A stretch of 58,483 nt of DNA, taken from Eubacteriales bacterium (GTDB lineage: Bacteria > Bacillota > Clostridia > Oscillospirales > CAG-272). Numbering within the stretch: the first letter of the stretch is position 1; each line of letters starts with the position of its first letter. The position numbers and the translations under genes were made by a program. The notes under the pieces were generated by a model. The model had not been told where the DNA came from, searched no databases, and saw only the letters and a list, made by a program, of their open reading frames with translations. The stretch is taken from assembly GCA_045652835.1 (NCBI GenBank), contig JAZOLE010000180.1, positions 1 through 58,483 on the forward strand, in the 5' to 3' direction. This document shows positions 49,345 through 58,270 of the stretch, piece after piece.

Positions 49345-50004
49345 ATGGCAATTTTAGTTGAATACAATAAAGACTGGAGCAAGCTTTATAAGGAGCAGGC
49401 AAAGCTGATCAAAAAAACGATTGGCAAATCTTGCGTTTCAACCCAACATATCGGCTCAACCGCGATCCCGGGCGTACCGGCAAGACCCGTAATCGACATT
49501 CTGTTGGTGCTCAAGAATACCGTGGATGCACAGCAGCTTTCCGCTCTTGGATACTCCGACAACGGTGATGGCACTTATCTGCTTCAGGGTGACACTGTTA
49601 GCTACCTGGTACATTGCGTGGACATGAACAATCATGACACCATTGACACGCATATGGGGATTCTTAACCATTTACGTACAAGCAAGAAATCCATACAAGA
49701 CTGGTCCGAGCAAAAACAAGCCTGGGCGGAACAATTTGCAAATGACGCACAAGGCTACGAAAGCGCAAAGAAAGCATATTTTGAACAAATCGCGCCCGGA
49801 GCACGTGACAAACAACGCCATGACCAAAAACTTGGCTCGTCGCTTGCCATTGGTATGTGCCTTGGCTGCGGCGTTGGCATGTGCTTAGGCGTGGCACTGG
49901 ATAATATCGGCTTGGGCATGTGCATCGGCATCAGCGTGGGCATGTGCTTGGGTCTTGCGCTGGGAGCGCAGAAGGACAATTCGAACGACAAAGAGCAAAA
50001 ATAA
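49345..50004 (+). CDS. GrpB-family (UPF0157) domain fused to a glycine-zipper hydrophobic tail
   Basis: HIGSTAIPGVPARPVIDILL GrpB motif. C-terminal GMCLGCGVGMCLG...GLGMCIGISVGMCLGLALG. Confidence 0.7.
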   Translation: MAILVEYNKDWSKLYKEQAKLIKKTIGKSCVSTQHIGSTAIPGVPARPVIDILLVLKNTVDAQQLSALGYSDNGDGTYLLQGDTVSYLVHCVDMNNHDTIDTHMGILNHLRTSKKSIQDWSEQKQAWAEQFANDAQGYESAKKAYFEQIAPGARDKQRHDQKLGSSLAIGMCLGCGVGMCLGVALDNIGLGMCIGISVGMCLGLALGAQKDNSNDKEQK

Positions 50005-50050
50005 TGTCAAGATCACACGCATATAACCAAATTACATCTGCGAGGTCAAA

Positions 50051-50824
50051 ATGAACTATAATAAAATCATTTCCGCACTGCATGATTGGTGCATTGAAAA
50101 GAGCGGAAAATTCCATAAGGAATATGAACAAGCTGGTGGATCTATTTGGGTCAAAGCACATACGGTGGGAGAGCTGTCGTTCAAGCTTTCCATGCTGATT
50201 GACAAGGACTTTGACTCGGTGGATTCGTTAATCGACGCAATAGAAGCGATGATGGACATTCATTATGAGTTTGGTTTGCAGCATAGTGCAAATGAAAACG
50301 CCGTAATACGCTATCAAATAGCTAAGATATACGATGAATTTCGTCAGTATATGAAAGAGGTTTGTGCCCCCGATGCGGTTCTGCCGGAGATGAAATCCTA
50401 TGAACGCGTAATCGTAGGTGAGGAAGCCGATGCCATAATCGAAAAGATCAAAAATGTTTGGGGTTACGTCAATACCGATTATTGGTACCCGATTTGCGGA
50501 AACGAACAAGACCATATTCCGAATAAAGCCTTCATTATGTCCGATTATTTTGAGAACGAATGGGACAAGGTATCCGAGCTTCTCCGCTGTTCTGAAAAGC
50601 ACATTTATTCTTATGGAGAATCTGCGTATGATATTTCGTTCTGTATGGAAGTGGATAAAATCGAGGATTTCAGTTGCTCGGAGTGGGTATATACCGATAA
50701 GGACTTCACGTGGTTCATTTATTTTTGCCACGAGGATACGGTAGCTTTTGCAGGCTCTATCACAGATCTTATAAAAGAAACCTTCAAAGACAAAGCGGAG
50801 TACTGGAATCGGTACGAATGGTAA
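50051..50824 (+). CDS. hypothetical protein
   Basis: GAGGT RBS and a terminator. No motif recognised. Confidence 0.5.
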   Translation: MNYNKIISALHDWCIEKSGKFHKEYEQAGGSIWVKAHTVGELSFKLSMLIDKDFDSVDSLIDAIEAMMDIHYEFGLQHSANENAVIRYQIAKIYDEFRQYMKEVCAPDAVLPEMKSYERVIVGEEADAIIEKIKNVWGYVNTDYWYPICGNEQDHIPNKAFIMSDYFENEWDKVSELLRCSEKHIYSYGESAYDISFCMEVDKIEDFSCSEWVYTDKDFTWFIYFCHEDTVAFAGSITDLIKETFKDKAEYWNRYEW

Positions 50825-50835
50825 ACAATATATTA

Positions 50836-50870
50836 AAAACCGATACCTCGTTCATGAGGCATCGGTTTTT
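50836..50870. terminator. bidirectional intrinsic terminator
   Basis: AAAAACCGATACCTCgttcatGAGGCATCGGTTTTT (one mismatch). Confidence 0.75.
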
Positions 50871-50883
50871 TAATTATATTCGT

Positions 50884-51471
50884 TTATATTACTTCAATCG
50901 CTGCTTCAAGTGCTTTGGCGATATCTGCAAGCGTCATGCTCGGCTCACCGTTCCTCACTTGCTCGGGCAGGTGCGGCACGTGCACAAATCCCACCTTGGC
51001 GGGTGTGTTGCGATAATGATGCAGAAGCGTGTACAAGACGTCATTGCACACAAATCTCCCCGCGCTGTAAGAAAGCGCGCTTGGCAAACCGATCTCGCGC
51101 ACCGCTCTGACCATTTCACGCACAGGCAAGGTAGCGGCATACGTGCCGGGTGCGCCTTGCACGATAGGCTGCGCAAGCGGTCTGTTCCCTGCGTTGTCCA
51201 CAATTCTTGCGTATCGCAGATTGACGCCATACACCTCGGGCGTGATTGCCGCTCTGCCGCCCGCCTGTCCTATGCAAACAATGGCATCGGGATGCTGCTC
51301 TTGTGCGACATGCAACGCAGTCTGCGCGGCAAGACCGAACACGGTAGGAATTTCGATTTTAATCAAATGCCAATCCCCTATTTGGTCGGGCAAAAGCTTG
51401 ACCGCCTCCCACGAGGGGTTGACTGTCGCGCCGCCAAACGGGTCAAAGCCGGTAACAAGCAGCTTTTTCAT
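50884..51471 (-). CDS. pcp: pyroglutamyl-peptidase I
   Basis: LLVTGFDPFGG, AGRFVCN (Cys nucleophile) and FVHVP (His). Confidence 0.9.
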   Translation of the reverse strand: MKKLLVTGFDPFGGATVNPSWEAVKLLPDQIGDWHLIKIEIPTVFGLAAQTALHVAQEQHPDAIVCIGQAGGRAAITPEVYGVNLRYARIVDNAGNRPLAQPIVQGAPGTYAATLPVREMVRAVREIGLPSALSYSAGRFVCNDVLYTLLHHYRNTPAKVGFVHVPHLPEQVRNGEPSMTLADIAKALEAAIEVI

Positions 51472-51473
51472 GG

Positions 51474-51884
51474 TCATCCTCTCTGCATGCGCTCGCTGCC
51501 CCACCAATCGGGCATCAGCTCGCCAAGCGTGACGGTGGAGAGTGTTTCAAGATCGGTCAAAATCTCGATCTCGGGGCTGTGTTGATCCAGCTGCATCATC
51601 ATTTCCCTGCACGCGCCGCAGGGCGAGCCAACCTTGCCGCTTCCCATAACGCATACAAGCTTGACAATACGGCTCTCACCGTTTGTGATCATATTGGCGA
51701 TCGCATTGCGCTCGGCGCACATGCCGAGTCCCGAACAGGTGTCGATGCACACACCCACGTACACATTGCCCTTATCGGTCAAAATCGCAGCCGCCACGCC
51801 ACCAGCATCCATAAAGGGCGTCAGCACGCGCGGATTGAGCTTTTGCTTTGCTGTGTCGTATAATTCGTGCCAGATGGTTTTCAT
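51474..51884 (-). CDS. cdd: cytidine deaminase (small homotetrameric type)
   Basis: CAERNAI and PCGACRE zinc-binding motifs. Confidence 0.88.
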   Translation of the reverse strand: MKTIWHELYDTAKQKLNPRVLTPFMDAGGVAAAILTDKGNVYVGVCIDTCSGLGMCAERNAIANMITNGESRIVKLVCVMGSGKVGSPCGACREMMMQLDQHSPEIEILTDLETLSTVTLGELMPDWWGSERMQRG

Positions 51885-51899
51885 AGCAATTCCTTTCTT

Positions 51900-52826
51900 C
51901 TATTGCAAGGGATCCGCCGCAAAATACGTGCGGTCATCCCCCTCTGTATAATCGTTTACCCACGCAAGACCCAATACCATGGTTGATTGCTGTTCCAAGC
52001 CCATTAAAGTAAAGCCGTTTTGTATCGGAGAGATTTGGTACTTCACTTGCTGCCCGGCGCGATAATCATAATGCTCAACCACACCAAGCGTCATTTGCAG
52101 GGTGTCCTTTTCAAACGTGCGACATAGATAATTCTCACCGGATTCGGTGTTGACATCGCATTGTGCAAGCGGTTCTATCACGCATCGCACAGTTTGTCCG
52201 GTCTTGATAGCCCCATAAATGCGATAGCAAGCTGTCAAAGACTGCGTTTCATTCGTCGGTTGATCATACGTAATGCGAACGGGCAAATAGTTGACCAATT
52301 GATCGTCCACATATATATTCAGCTCACCAAACGGCGTTTGCAAACTGCAATCTTGCTTATACTCCTCTAAAATACGATTTGCCCAGCGCGTTGCTTCCAT
52401 TTCCAAGCTGCGATCACTTCTTTGCTTTTCCTCATCGAAAAACCATTGAAAATAATGGGAGAGCTCATGCAGCAGCGTGAACATGACTTGCTCAATGGGC
52501 AAGTGTTCATCAATCTTCCCTGCAACATAGATCTCGGGATACAGTTTTTTCTTTTTATAGGCATTGACATTGTCATAAAACACACCGTAATATGTGTGCC
52601 CATCCTCTTGAGCACGGTATTTTGGGTGATTGGTTATGATAACGTTGCAACGGATCGGAAAGAAGTATCGACGTCGCAGATACTTGATCAGATCATTAAG
52701 ATTGTTCTTTAAGTCTTCGGTAATACCATTCGCATAACGAACGCGGATACCTGTTGCATACGCATATCCAAGACATTTTTCTCTGTCTTTTCGTTCAATC
52801 CACAAATCGGGAAACTGTGCACTCAT
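51900..52826 (-). CDS. hypothetical HExxH protein (ImmA/IrrE-like metallopeptidase motif + unknown C-terminal domain)
   Basis: LLHELSHYFQWF...EMEATRWAN. AAGGAGG RBS. The ATG overlaps the ARH stop (ATGA). Confidence 0.5.
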   Translation of the reverse strand: MSAQFPDLWIERKDREKCLGYAYATGIRVRYANGITEDLKNNLNDLIKYLRRRYFFPIRCNVIITNHPKYRAQEDGHTYYGVFYDNVNAYKKKKLYPEIYVAGKIDEHLPIEQVMFTLLHELSHYFQWFFDEEKQRSDRSLEMEATRWANRILEEYKQDCSLQTPFGELNIYVDDQLVNYLPVRITYDQPTNETQSLTACYRIYGAIKTGQTVRCVIEPLAQCDVNTESGENYLCRTFEKDTLQMTLGVVEHYDYRAGQQVKYQISPIQNGFTLMGLEQQSTMVLGLAWVNDYTEGDDRTYFAADPLQ

Positions 52827-53647
52827 ACAGACTCCTCCTTTGGTGGGATGTATCTTTGTTCAAATGATTTAACCGCACTTTTGATGGTATTATCAATTCT
52901 CGGCTCACAAAAGCGTCTGATATGCTCGGGGATCTCTTTATAAAACGCCTCGGCAATACCACCCGCAATGCAGGCTTGTGTGTCAGCGTCACCGCCAAGC
53001 GAAACGGCAAGACGCACAGCACTTTCATAATCGCTTGACTCCAAAAAAGCAATAATAGCAGGCGGTATACTATATGACGTTCTGCTGTCAAATACGTGAG
53101 TTTCGCGAATAGATTGCAGCGGCACTGAAAGCTTATAGCCAAATTCCTTTTCCAAATATGCTTTGATCTCGTGCTTGGGCTTTGCTTGCCTTGCCATAAA
53201 GATCGCTGCAGCAACCGCCTTTGCACCGCGAATCGCTTCCCTGTGATTATGCGTGGGGATGCAGCTTGCCTTGACCTGCAAATATACTTGATCCAGCGTA
53301 TCGTAAGCGTACGCGATGGGTATGACGCGCATCGCGGCGCCATTTGCAAAGCTATGCCCGTTTTTGGCATACGGATCACGCGCCCACGCAGAAAACATAT
53401 TACCAAATCCTGCATGCGGAAAATAGGCATAGTACTGCCTGTAGCAAGCAGCGTATTCTCTTGCACGTGCACGCACCTGGCGCCTTGTAATGTTTTCAGG
53501 ATGATGCAAGATCGCTTGCGACACTGCTGCTATCAACACGCTGTCATCCGTAAACGTGCTGTCATACTCGAAGGGAAAATCATAGTCCTTGGTACAGTGC
53601 ACCTCATAATAAGAACCGATCACGTCACCATATATCGCACCGCGCAT
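52823..53647 (-). CDS. ADP-ribosylglycohydrolase family protein
   Basis: GAIYGDVIGSYYE, FTDDSVL and GGDADTQACIAGGIAEA (the Asp-rich metal-site motifs of the ARH fold). Confidence 0.85.
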   Translation of the reverse strand: MRGAIYGDVIGSYYEVHCTKDYDFPFEYDSTFTDDSVLIAAVSQAILHHPENITRRQVRARAREYAACYRQYYAYFPHAGFGNMFSAWARDPYAKNGHSFANGAAMRVIPIAYAYDTLDQVYLQVKASCIPTHNHREAIRGAKAVAAAIFMARQAKPKHEIKAYLEKEFGYKLSVPLQSIRETHVFDSRTSYSIPPAIIAFLESSDYESAVRLAVSLGGDADTQACIAGGIAEAFYKEIPEHIRRFCEPRIDNTIKSAVKSFEQRYIPPKEESV

Positions 53648-53691
53648 TTGCTCACCCCCTTTTTCTTTATTTTACCACACATTTCCCGACT

Positions 53692-53733
53692 TTGCAAGCA
53701 GTACTTGCAAAATAGCATGCAGCGTGCTATAAT
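53692..53733 (+). promoter_or_regulatory. promoter with an overlapping palindromic operator
   Basis: TTGCAAGcagtaCTTGCAA is a perfect 7-5-7 inverted repeat. The -35 TTGCAA (53705-53710), a 17-nt spacer and the -10 TATAAT (53728-53733) follow. Confidence 0.55.
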
Positions 53734-53757
53734 GAAAGAAAAACGGAGGCTGCAACT

Positions 53758-54678
53758 ATGACAGACCTTGAAAAGATCGCGTATGCAAAATCGTTTATTG
53801 ACAAGCTTGCGGCTGGCATTGATCCCACGGATGGCACTCCCATCCCCGAGGGCGATGTCGCGGCTAAATCGCGTATTGTCGGGTGCTTTACTTACGTGTC
53901 CGACGTGCTTGGCAAGCTGGTTGCATCCCCTGCCGCCGTGACCGATCTATACCGCGTGCAAGGCCGTACCGTCACGCAGGAAGTGCTATCGCGCATTGAG
54001 TGCAGCCAATATCCCGTCAGCATCAGCGCGTTTGCCAAGCGCATCGATGCTGCGCTCAGCTCTTCCGACAAATTCACAGCGCATGATCTCAATCCTTGGC
54101 TGATACACCACGGGTACATTGAAAAGCTGATCGATTACCGCGACAAGAGCACCAAGCGCCCTACGCAGAAAGGCATTGAGATCGGCATTACCGTAGAGCA
54201 ATCCACTACCGCGACGGGTAGAGTAATCATCGGAATCAAGCTCAATTTATTCGCGCAACGCTTTATTCGCGATCACCTATCCGAGATAATTGCGTTTTCA
54301 CAAAGACCGCCCAAGCTTGCAGATCAAGTGCCCGCGGTTAACTTTTACTTGACGCAGGCGCAGCTTGCCGCTTACGAGATCTCCGAGATACCGCTTTCGA
54401 TCTCCGAGCTTGCAAGCAAAATCAGTACGCTCAATCTGCAGTGCAAGACCGAGCTCAAGGCAGGCGATCTTGCGCAGTGGCTGGTGCATCTGGGACTCTT
54501 GCACACGGTTGAGCGCGGCGGCCAAAACTATAAGCTGCCCACCGAAGCAGGTGCGCAGATCGGTATCTTTATCCAGACACGGCAGGGGCTTACTGGCGAT
54601 TACGATATCGCGCTGTATGACGCTAACGCACAACGGTTTATCATTGACAATTTACATGGGCTGATCCGGGTGATTTAA
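53758..54678 (+). CDS. hypothetical protein with two similar internal modules
   Basis: GGAGG RBS. The modules ISAFAKRIDAAL...LNPWLIHHGYIEKL...PTQKGIEIGI and ISELASKIS...LAQWLVHLGLLHTV...PTEAGAQIGI resemble each other. Confidence 0.5.
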   Translation: MTDLEKIAYAKSFIDKLAAGIDPTDGTPIPEGDVAAKSRIVGCFTYVSDVLGKLVASPAAVTDLYRVQGRTVTQEVLSRIECSQYPVSISAFAKRIDAALSSSDKFTAHDLNPWLIHHGYIEKLIDYRDKSTKRPTQKGIEIGITVEQSTTATGRVIIGIKLNLFAQRFIRDHLSEIIAFSQRPPKLADQVPAVNFYLTQAQLAAYEISEIPLSISELASKISTLNLQCKTELKAGDLAQWLVHLGLLHTVERGGQNYKLPTEAGAQIGIFIQTRQGLTGDYDIALYDANAQRFIIDNLHGLIRVI

Positions 54679-54880
54679 TCAAGTTGTACAATCGCTGTAT
54701 GTGACATGTTTGTGTTTCCGCTGCATTTCGATTGCAAAACGGTATAAATGGTCCACCTCTCCTACACTCACACGCAAATCAACCCGCACTAATGCATGCA
54801 CCTCGCAAAATGACCAAAAAGCCACCTTAAAATCGCGTAAAAATTGAGCGAAAAAAAGTAAAAATATTTCGAAAAAGGTA

Positions 54881-54909
54881 TTGACTTTTGCTCAAGTATG
54901 TGCTAAAAT
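54881..54909 (+). promoter_or_regulatory. sigma-A type promoter of tRNA-Pro
   Basis: TTGACT, 17-nt spacer, TAAAAT. Confidence 0.6.
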
Positions 54910-54948
54910 ATACAGGTCGTCAGGGAGCAACAGTTCCCACAGACGCAT

Positions 54949-55024
54949 CTGGGTGTGGCGCAGCTGGTAGCGCGCTACCTTGGGGTGGTAGAGGCCGCAA
55001 GTTCAAGTCTTGTCACTCAGACCA
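54949..55024 (+). tRNA. tRNA-Pro (anticodon GGG)
   Basis: CTGGGTGTGGCGCAGCTGGTAGCGCGCTACCTTGGGGTGGTAGAGGCCGCAAGTTCAAGTCTTGTCACTCAGACCA folds as a cloverleaf. It has a 7-bp acceptor stem, anticodon loop TTGGGGT, a GTTCAAG T-loop and an encoded CCA. Confidence 0.85.
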
Positions 55025-55065
55025 AAATCGGAGGTTCAATCGAACCTCCGATTTTCTTTTGTTTT
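55025..55065 (+). terminator. intrinsic terminator of tRNA-Pro
   Basis: 13-bp stem AAATCGGAGGTTC/GAACCTCCGATTT followed by a T-run. Confidence 0.85.
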
Positions 55066-55249
55066 CTCGCTAAATCTCTTGAAATCTCGTGTTTTCGCAA
55101 CAAACATAACGGGCTTGTTCTTCCCTGCTTCGAGGGTTGAACAAGCCCATTTTTCGCCTTTGACCATATGTTTGACCACTTGCGGATATTTTTGGCTCAT
55201 TTTCGGTAGTTTTAATGCGGCAATCGCGAGCTGCGATTACCGCATTTTT

Positions 55250-56536
55250 TCAATCGTTACTTATAAATCTGCTTTTGAAATAATCTATTGCTGACTCTAG
55301 CATAACAACGAAAGTACCATCTCTATCCATCTCTGAATATCTTGATAAAATTTCTTTCAGCTTTTCTTCTGTTATACCATAAGTCTCTCCACAATTTAAT
55401 ATTGAAACCATTATTTCTGTAAAGCTCTGTGTTTCTTGATACTTATACTTCTCGTTAAACAACTGTTCAATGATGTATATAGGTATAACTCTGTCCTTAT
55501 GTTCAAAGTCGAGCAATTGTGCAATTGATATTCTTCCATTTTTATACCTAGGCAGCATTTTAATTATGATATTCAAATGTTTGTTTATGTAATCAACCGA
55601 CAAATCTCTTTGCCCAACCTTATTCAACCTGTCTCTTATTTCCACATGCAACCGCGATAATCCCTTTTCAGGAGACTCTGATATTACATGTGCTTTCCCT
55701 ACTATTCCAAACACGGAATTTTCTTGTGTTCCATCCACATGAAACAAATAAATATTTATTAAACTGGTCTCTTTTTCATTTTTGATATCACTTTTACATA
55801 TTTTCACTTTATATAAAATGGTATTCCATAAACTAAATACCACGTATGTATATCCATCATAGTCATCATATTCAAACAACATGTTAGTTCCGGTTCTCGA
55901 AACTCTATCGGAAAGTTCCCATGGGCAAGCATCAACGACCAATTCAACCGGTGTTTCCTCATCATTAGGAGATAGAATATAAGAAACTATGTCATGATAT
56001 TTTTCTTCTATGAATCCATCAATATCGTTTCTATAACAATGCCATTCGTAACAAATTTTCGCAATCGCATGCAACACCCGAGAAGAAATAAAAAGTTCTC
56101 TTAAATCGGTTCTAATTACAACAGAAAAATCTTTAGCATCTATAGTTTCAACATTGTTTTCAGTAGCACCGTTTATCTTGAGAAGATTATCTCTACCACC
56201 CGCTAGGATTGTTTTGCCAGAACTATCAGTATCTCTAAATATTCTATCTCCGCTTACAACAGATGCATTATCTGTAATTTTGACTCTTTTGAAGGTACGA
56301 TCTCCTATATTCAAGTCTGCATAATATCTTACGGGATCGCCATCGCGCTCTGTAAGGCCAATAAAATTTCTATATGCAGCCAATTGTTTTATCATATCTC
56401 TTTCATAATTATCATTTGTAAACTTGTTGTGGGTGTAGCAAACAAATTTCCTCGTAAGTTTAGCTCCAGTCAATGCAGCTGGTATGATATCGGACACCGT
56501 CATTTTTTCTTCACTATTGCAATAAATACATTTCAT
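55250..56536 (-). CDS. hypothetical low-GC protein with an HNH-like (His-Me finger) zinc-ribbon N-terminus
   Basis: MKCIYCNSEEKMTVSDIIPAALTG...FVCYTHNKF. AAAGGTGAG RBS. No motif recognised in the remaining ~370 aa. Confidence 0.5.
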   Translation of the reverse strand: MKCIYCNSEEKMTVSDIIPAALTGAKLTRKFVCYTHNKFTNDNYERDMIKQLAAYRNFIGLTERDGDPVRYYADLNIGDRTFKRVKITDNASVVSGDRIFRDTDSSGKTILAGGRDNLLKINGATENNVETIDAKDFSVVIRTDLRELFISSRVLHAIAKICYEWHCYRNDIDGFIEEKYHDIVSYILSPNDEETPVELVVDACPWELSDRVSRTGTNMLFEYDDYDGYTYVVFSLWNTILYKVKICKSDIKNEKETSLINIYLFHVDGTQENSVFGIVGKAHVISESPEKGLSRLHVEIRDRLNKVGQRDLSVDYINKHLNIIIKMLPRYKNGRISIAQLLDFEHKDRVIPIYIIEQLFNEKYKYQETQSFTEIMVSILNCGETYGITEEKLKEILSRYSEMDRDGTFVVMLESAIDYFKSRFISND

Positions 56537-56556
56537 TTAGACACTCACCTTTCGTT

Positions 56557-57603
56557 TCAACACTCAACCGCGACTTTAATAACCCCATCGCGCTTATTTT
56601 CAAACAGTTCATACGCCTCATCAATCCTTGCGAGCGGATAGGTATGCGTGATGAGCGGCTCGGTATTGAGCTTGCCCTCGGCAATGAGTTTCAGCGTTTC
56701 CTCGCAATCGCAGCCATCAACACCGCCGGTCTTGAAGGTCAGATTCTTGCCGTACATATCGGGCAGAGGCAATGTCTGCGCCTTGTCGTAAAGCGCCACC
56801 ACCGTGACGATGGCATTCGGACGAGCGCACTGCCATGCAAGCTCAAAGGTGTTCTCTGCTCTGGTGCTTGCACCCGCAACCTCAAGCACCACATCCGCGC
56901 CTCCGTGATCGCTATTCTCGCGAACAAAATCAAGGCATTCATCGGGCGTAACCGTCAGCACGTCGGGATAATGCTCGTTGACAAACTTGATGCGGTTCTC
57001 GTCCTTCTCGCACACGATAATGCGCTTGGGTGCTTTGAGCATCACGCAAAGGAGCGTGCAAATTCCTGTGGGACCTGCTCCGATGATAAGAACGGTATCG
57101 TCCTCTGTAATCTCGGAGATCTTCGTTGCCCAATAACCCGTGGCAAGAACGTCGCCCACGAGCAGAGCTTGTCTATCGGTCACAGTATCGGGAATCTTGT
57201 TGAGCCCCTGATCCGCGAACGGTACGCGAACGTACTCTGCCTGACCGCCATCAATACGGCAACCAAGTGCCCAACCGCCGTTCTTGTCGGTGCAATTGTT
57301 GACAAATCCCTTCTTGCAGAAGAAGCACTCGCCACAGAATGTTTCCACATTGACCGTGACCCTGTCGCCGGGCTTTACGTGCGTGACCTCAGAGCCAACT
57401 TCTTCCACAATACCGACCATCTCGTGACCGACCGTGATTCCTCCCACCGCTCTCGGCACGCTGCCGTGCTTGATGTGTAAGTCACTCGAGCAAATGCTCG
57501 CAAGCGTGACCTTGATAATGGCATCCCGCTCGTGCTGTATCGTCGGCTTTGGCTTCTCAACCAAGCCAAATTTTCCTTTGGATATGTATGTGTAGGTAAG
57601 CAT
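56557..57603 (-). CDS. zinc-dependent alcohol dehydrogenase (MDR family)
   Basis: CSSDLH...GHEMVGIVEEVG, structural-zinc CGECFFCKKGFVNNC, GAGPTG Rossmann motif. Confidence 0.85.
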   Translation of the reverse strand: MLTYTYISKGKFGLVEKPKPTIQHERDAIIKVTLASICSSDLHIKHGSVPRAVGGITVGHEMVGIVEEVGSEVTHVKPGDRVTVNVETFCGECFFCKKGFVNNCTDKNGGWALGCRIDGGQAEYVRVPFADQGLNKIPDTVTDRQALLVGDVLATGYWATKISEITEDDTVLIIGAGPTGICTLLCVMLKAPKRIIVCEKDENRIKFVNEHYPDVLTVTPDECLDFVRENSDHGGADVVLEVAGASTRAENTFELAWQCARPNAIVTVVALYDKAQTLPLPDMYGKNLTFKTGGVDGCDCEETLKLIAEGKLNTEPLITHTYPLARIDEAYELFENKRDGVIKVAVEC

Positions 57604-57657
57604 ACTTCTCACATTCCTTTTCTTTAGTCTACTGCGGTGCAATAATTGCACCTTTCA

Positions 57658-58050
57658 TCAGTCGGTAACGATCTCGCCCTTCCAATCCAAGATCCCGCCG
57701 AACTCCACAATATTCGTGTAGCCCAGCTTGACCAGCTTCTCGGATGCCTCTTTACTGCGCCGTCCGCTACGGCAGTACACCATAATGAGCTGATTCTTGT
57801 CGGGCAGCTCGAGGATCTCGTCCGTGCCGATGGACTCATTGACAACGTTGATGGCGCCGGGAATATGCCCTGTGGCAAACTCATCGGAACGGCGCACGTC
57901 AAGAATGATATATCCGGTCTCCTGCGCCATCATGGCAACCGCTTCTTCCATGCTGATCTGGCGGTAGGTGTTGGTCTGGTTATTGTTTGTCCCGGCGCAT
58001 CCGGTGAACATCAGCGCGGATAATAATATCGGTATCAGTTTTTTCATCAT
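57658..58050 (-). CDS. rhodanese-like domain lipoprotein
   Basis: Lipobox LMFTGC. ILDVRRSDEFATGHIPGAINV and the active-site loop CRSGRRS. Confidence 0.85.
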   Translation of the reverse strand: MMKKLIPILLSALMFTGCAGTNNNQTNTYRQISMEEAVAMMAQETGYIILDVRRSDEFATGHIPGAINVVNESIGTDEILELPDKNQLIMVYCRSGRRSKEASEKLVKLGYTNIVEFGGILDWKGEIVTD

Positions 58051-58168
58051 CTATCTCCTTGCGTGCTGTCGCACAGTATCGTTCATATAATTATTATACC
58101 ACCAAATACTTATTCTTTCAACAGAATTCTGTAAACAACCTGTTCAAGAGCTGATTCTCTCTATATCT

Positions 58169-58197
58169 TGACAAACACCTCTGTTTGTGGTATAATG
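58169..58197 (+). promoter_or_regulatory. consensus sigma-A promoter
   Basis: TTGACA, 17-nt spacer, TATAAT. Confidence 0.7.
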
Positions 58198-58207
58198 TAA
58201 GGCGCAT

Positions 58208-58270
58208 ACGGGAATGAGGCTCTCCCTGAATTTAATTCGAACCGCTTTGATGCTGATGGCTTCTGCTACT
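58208..58270 (+). promoter_or_regulatory. probable fluoride riboswitch aptamer (crcB motif)
   Basis: GGGAAUGAGGCUCUCCC...GAACCGC...CUGAUGGCUUCUGCUAC parallels remembered fluoride aptamers. The P1 helix is kept by covariation. Loop GAGGCU can pair with GGCUUC to form the pseudoknot. A 12-nt insertion after P1 is atypical. Confidence 0.5.

Noticed and set aside
56537-56556. A possible att-type duplication of the tRNA-Pro 3' end (GTCACTCAGACCA) on the far side of the low-GC gene (GACACTCACCTTT).
   Set aside because: Only about 8 of 11 positions match, over a very short span that overlaps the RBS. This is not distinguishable from chance.
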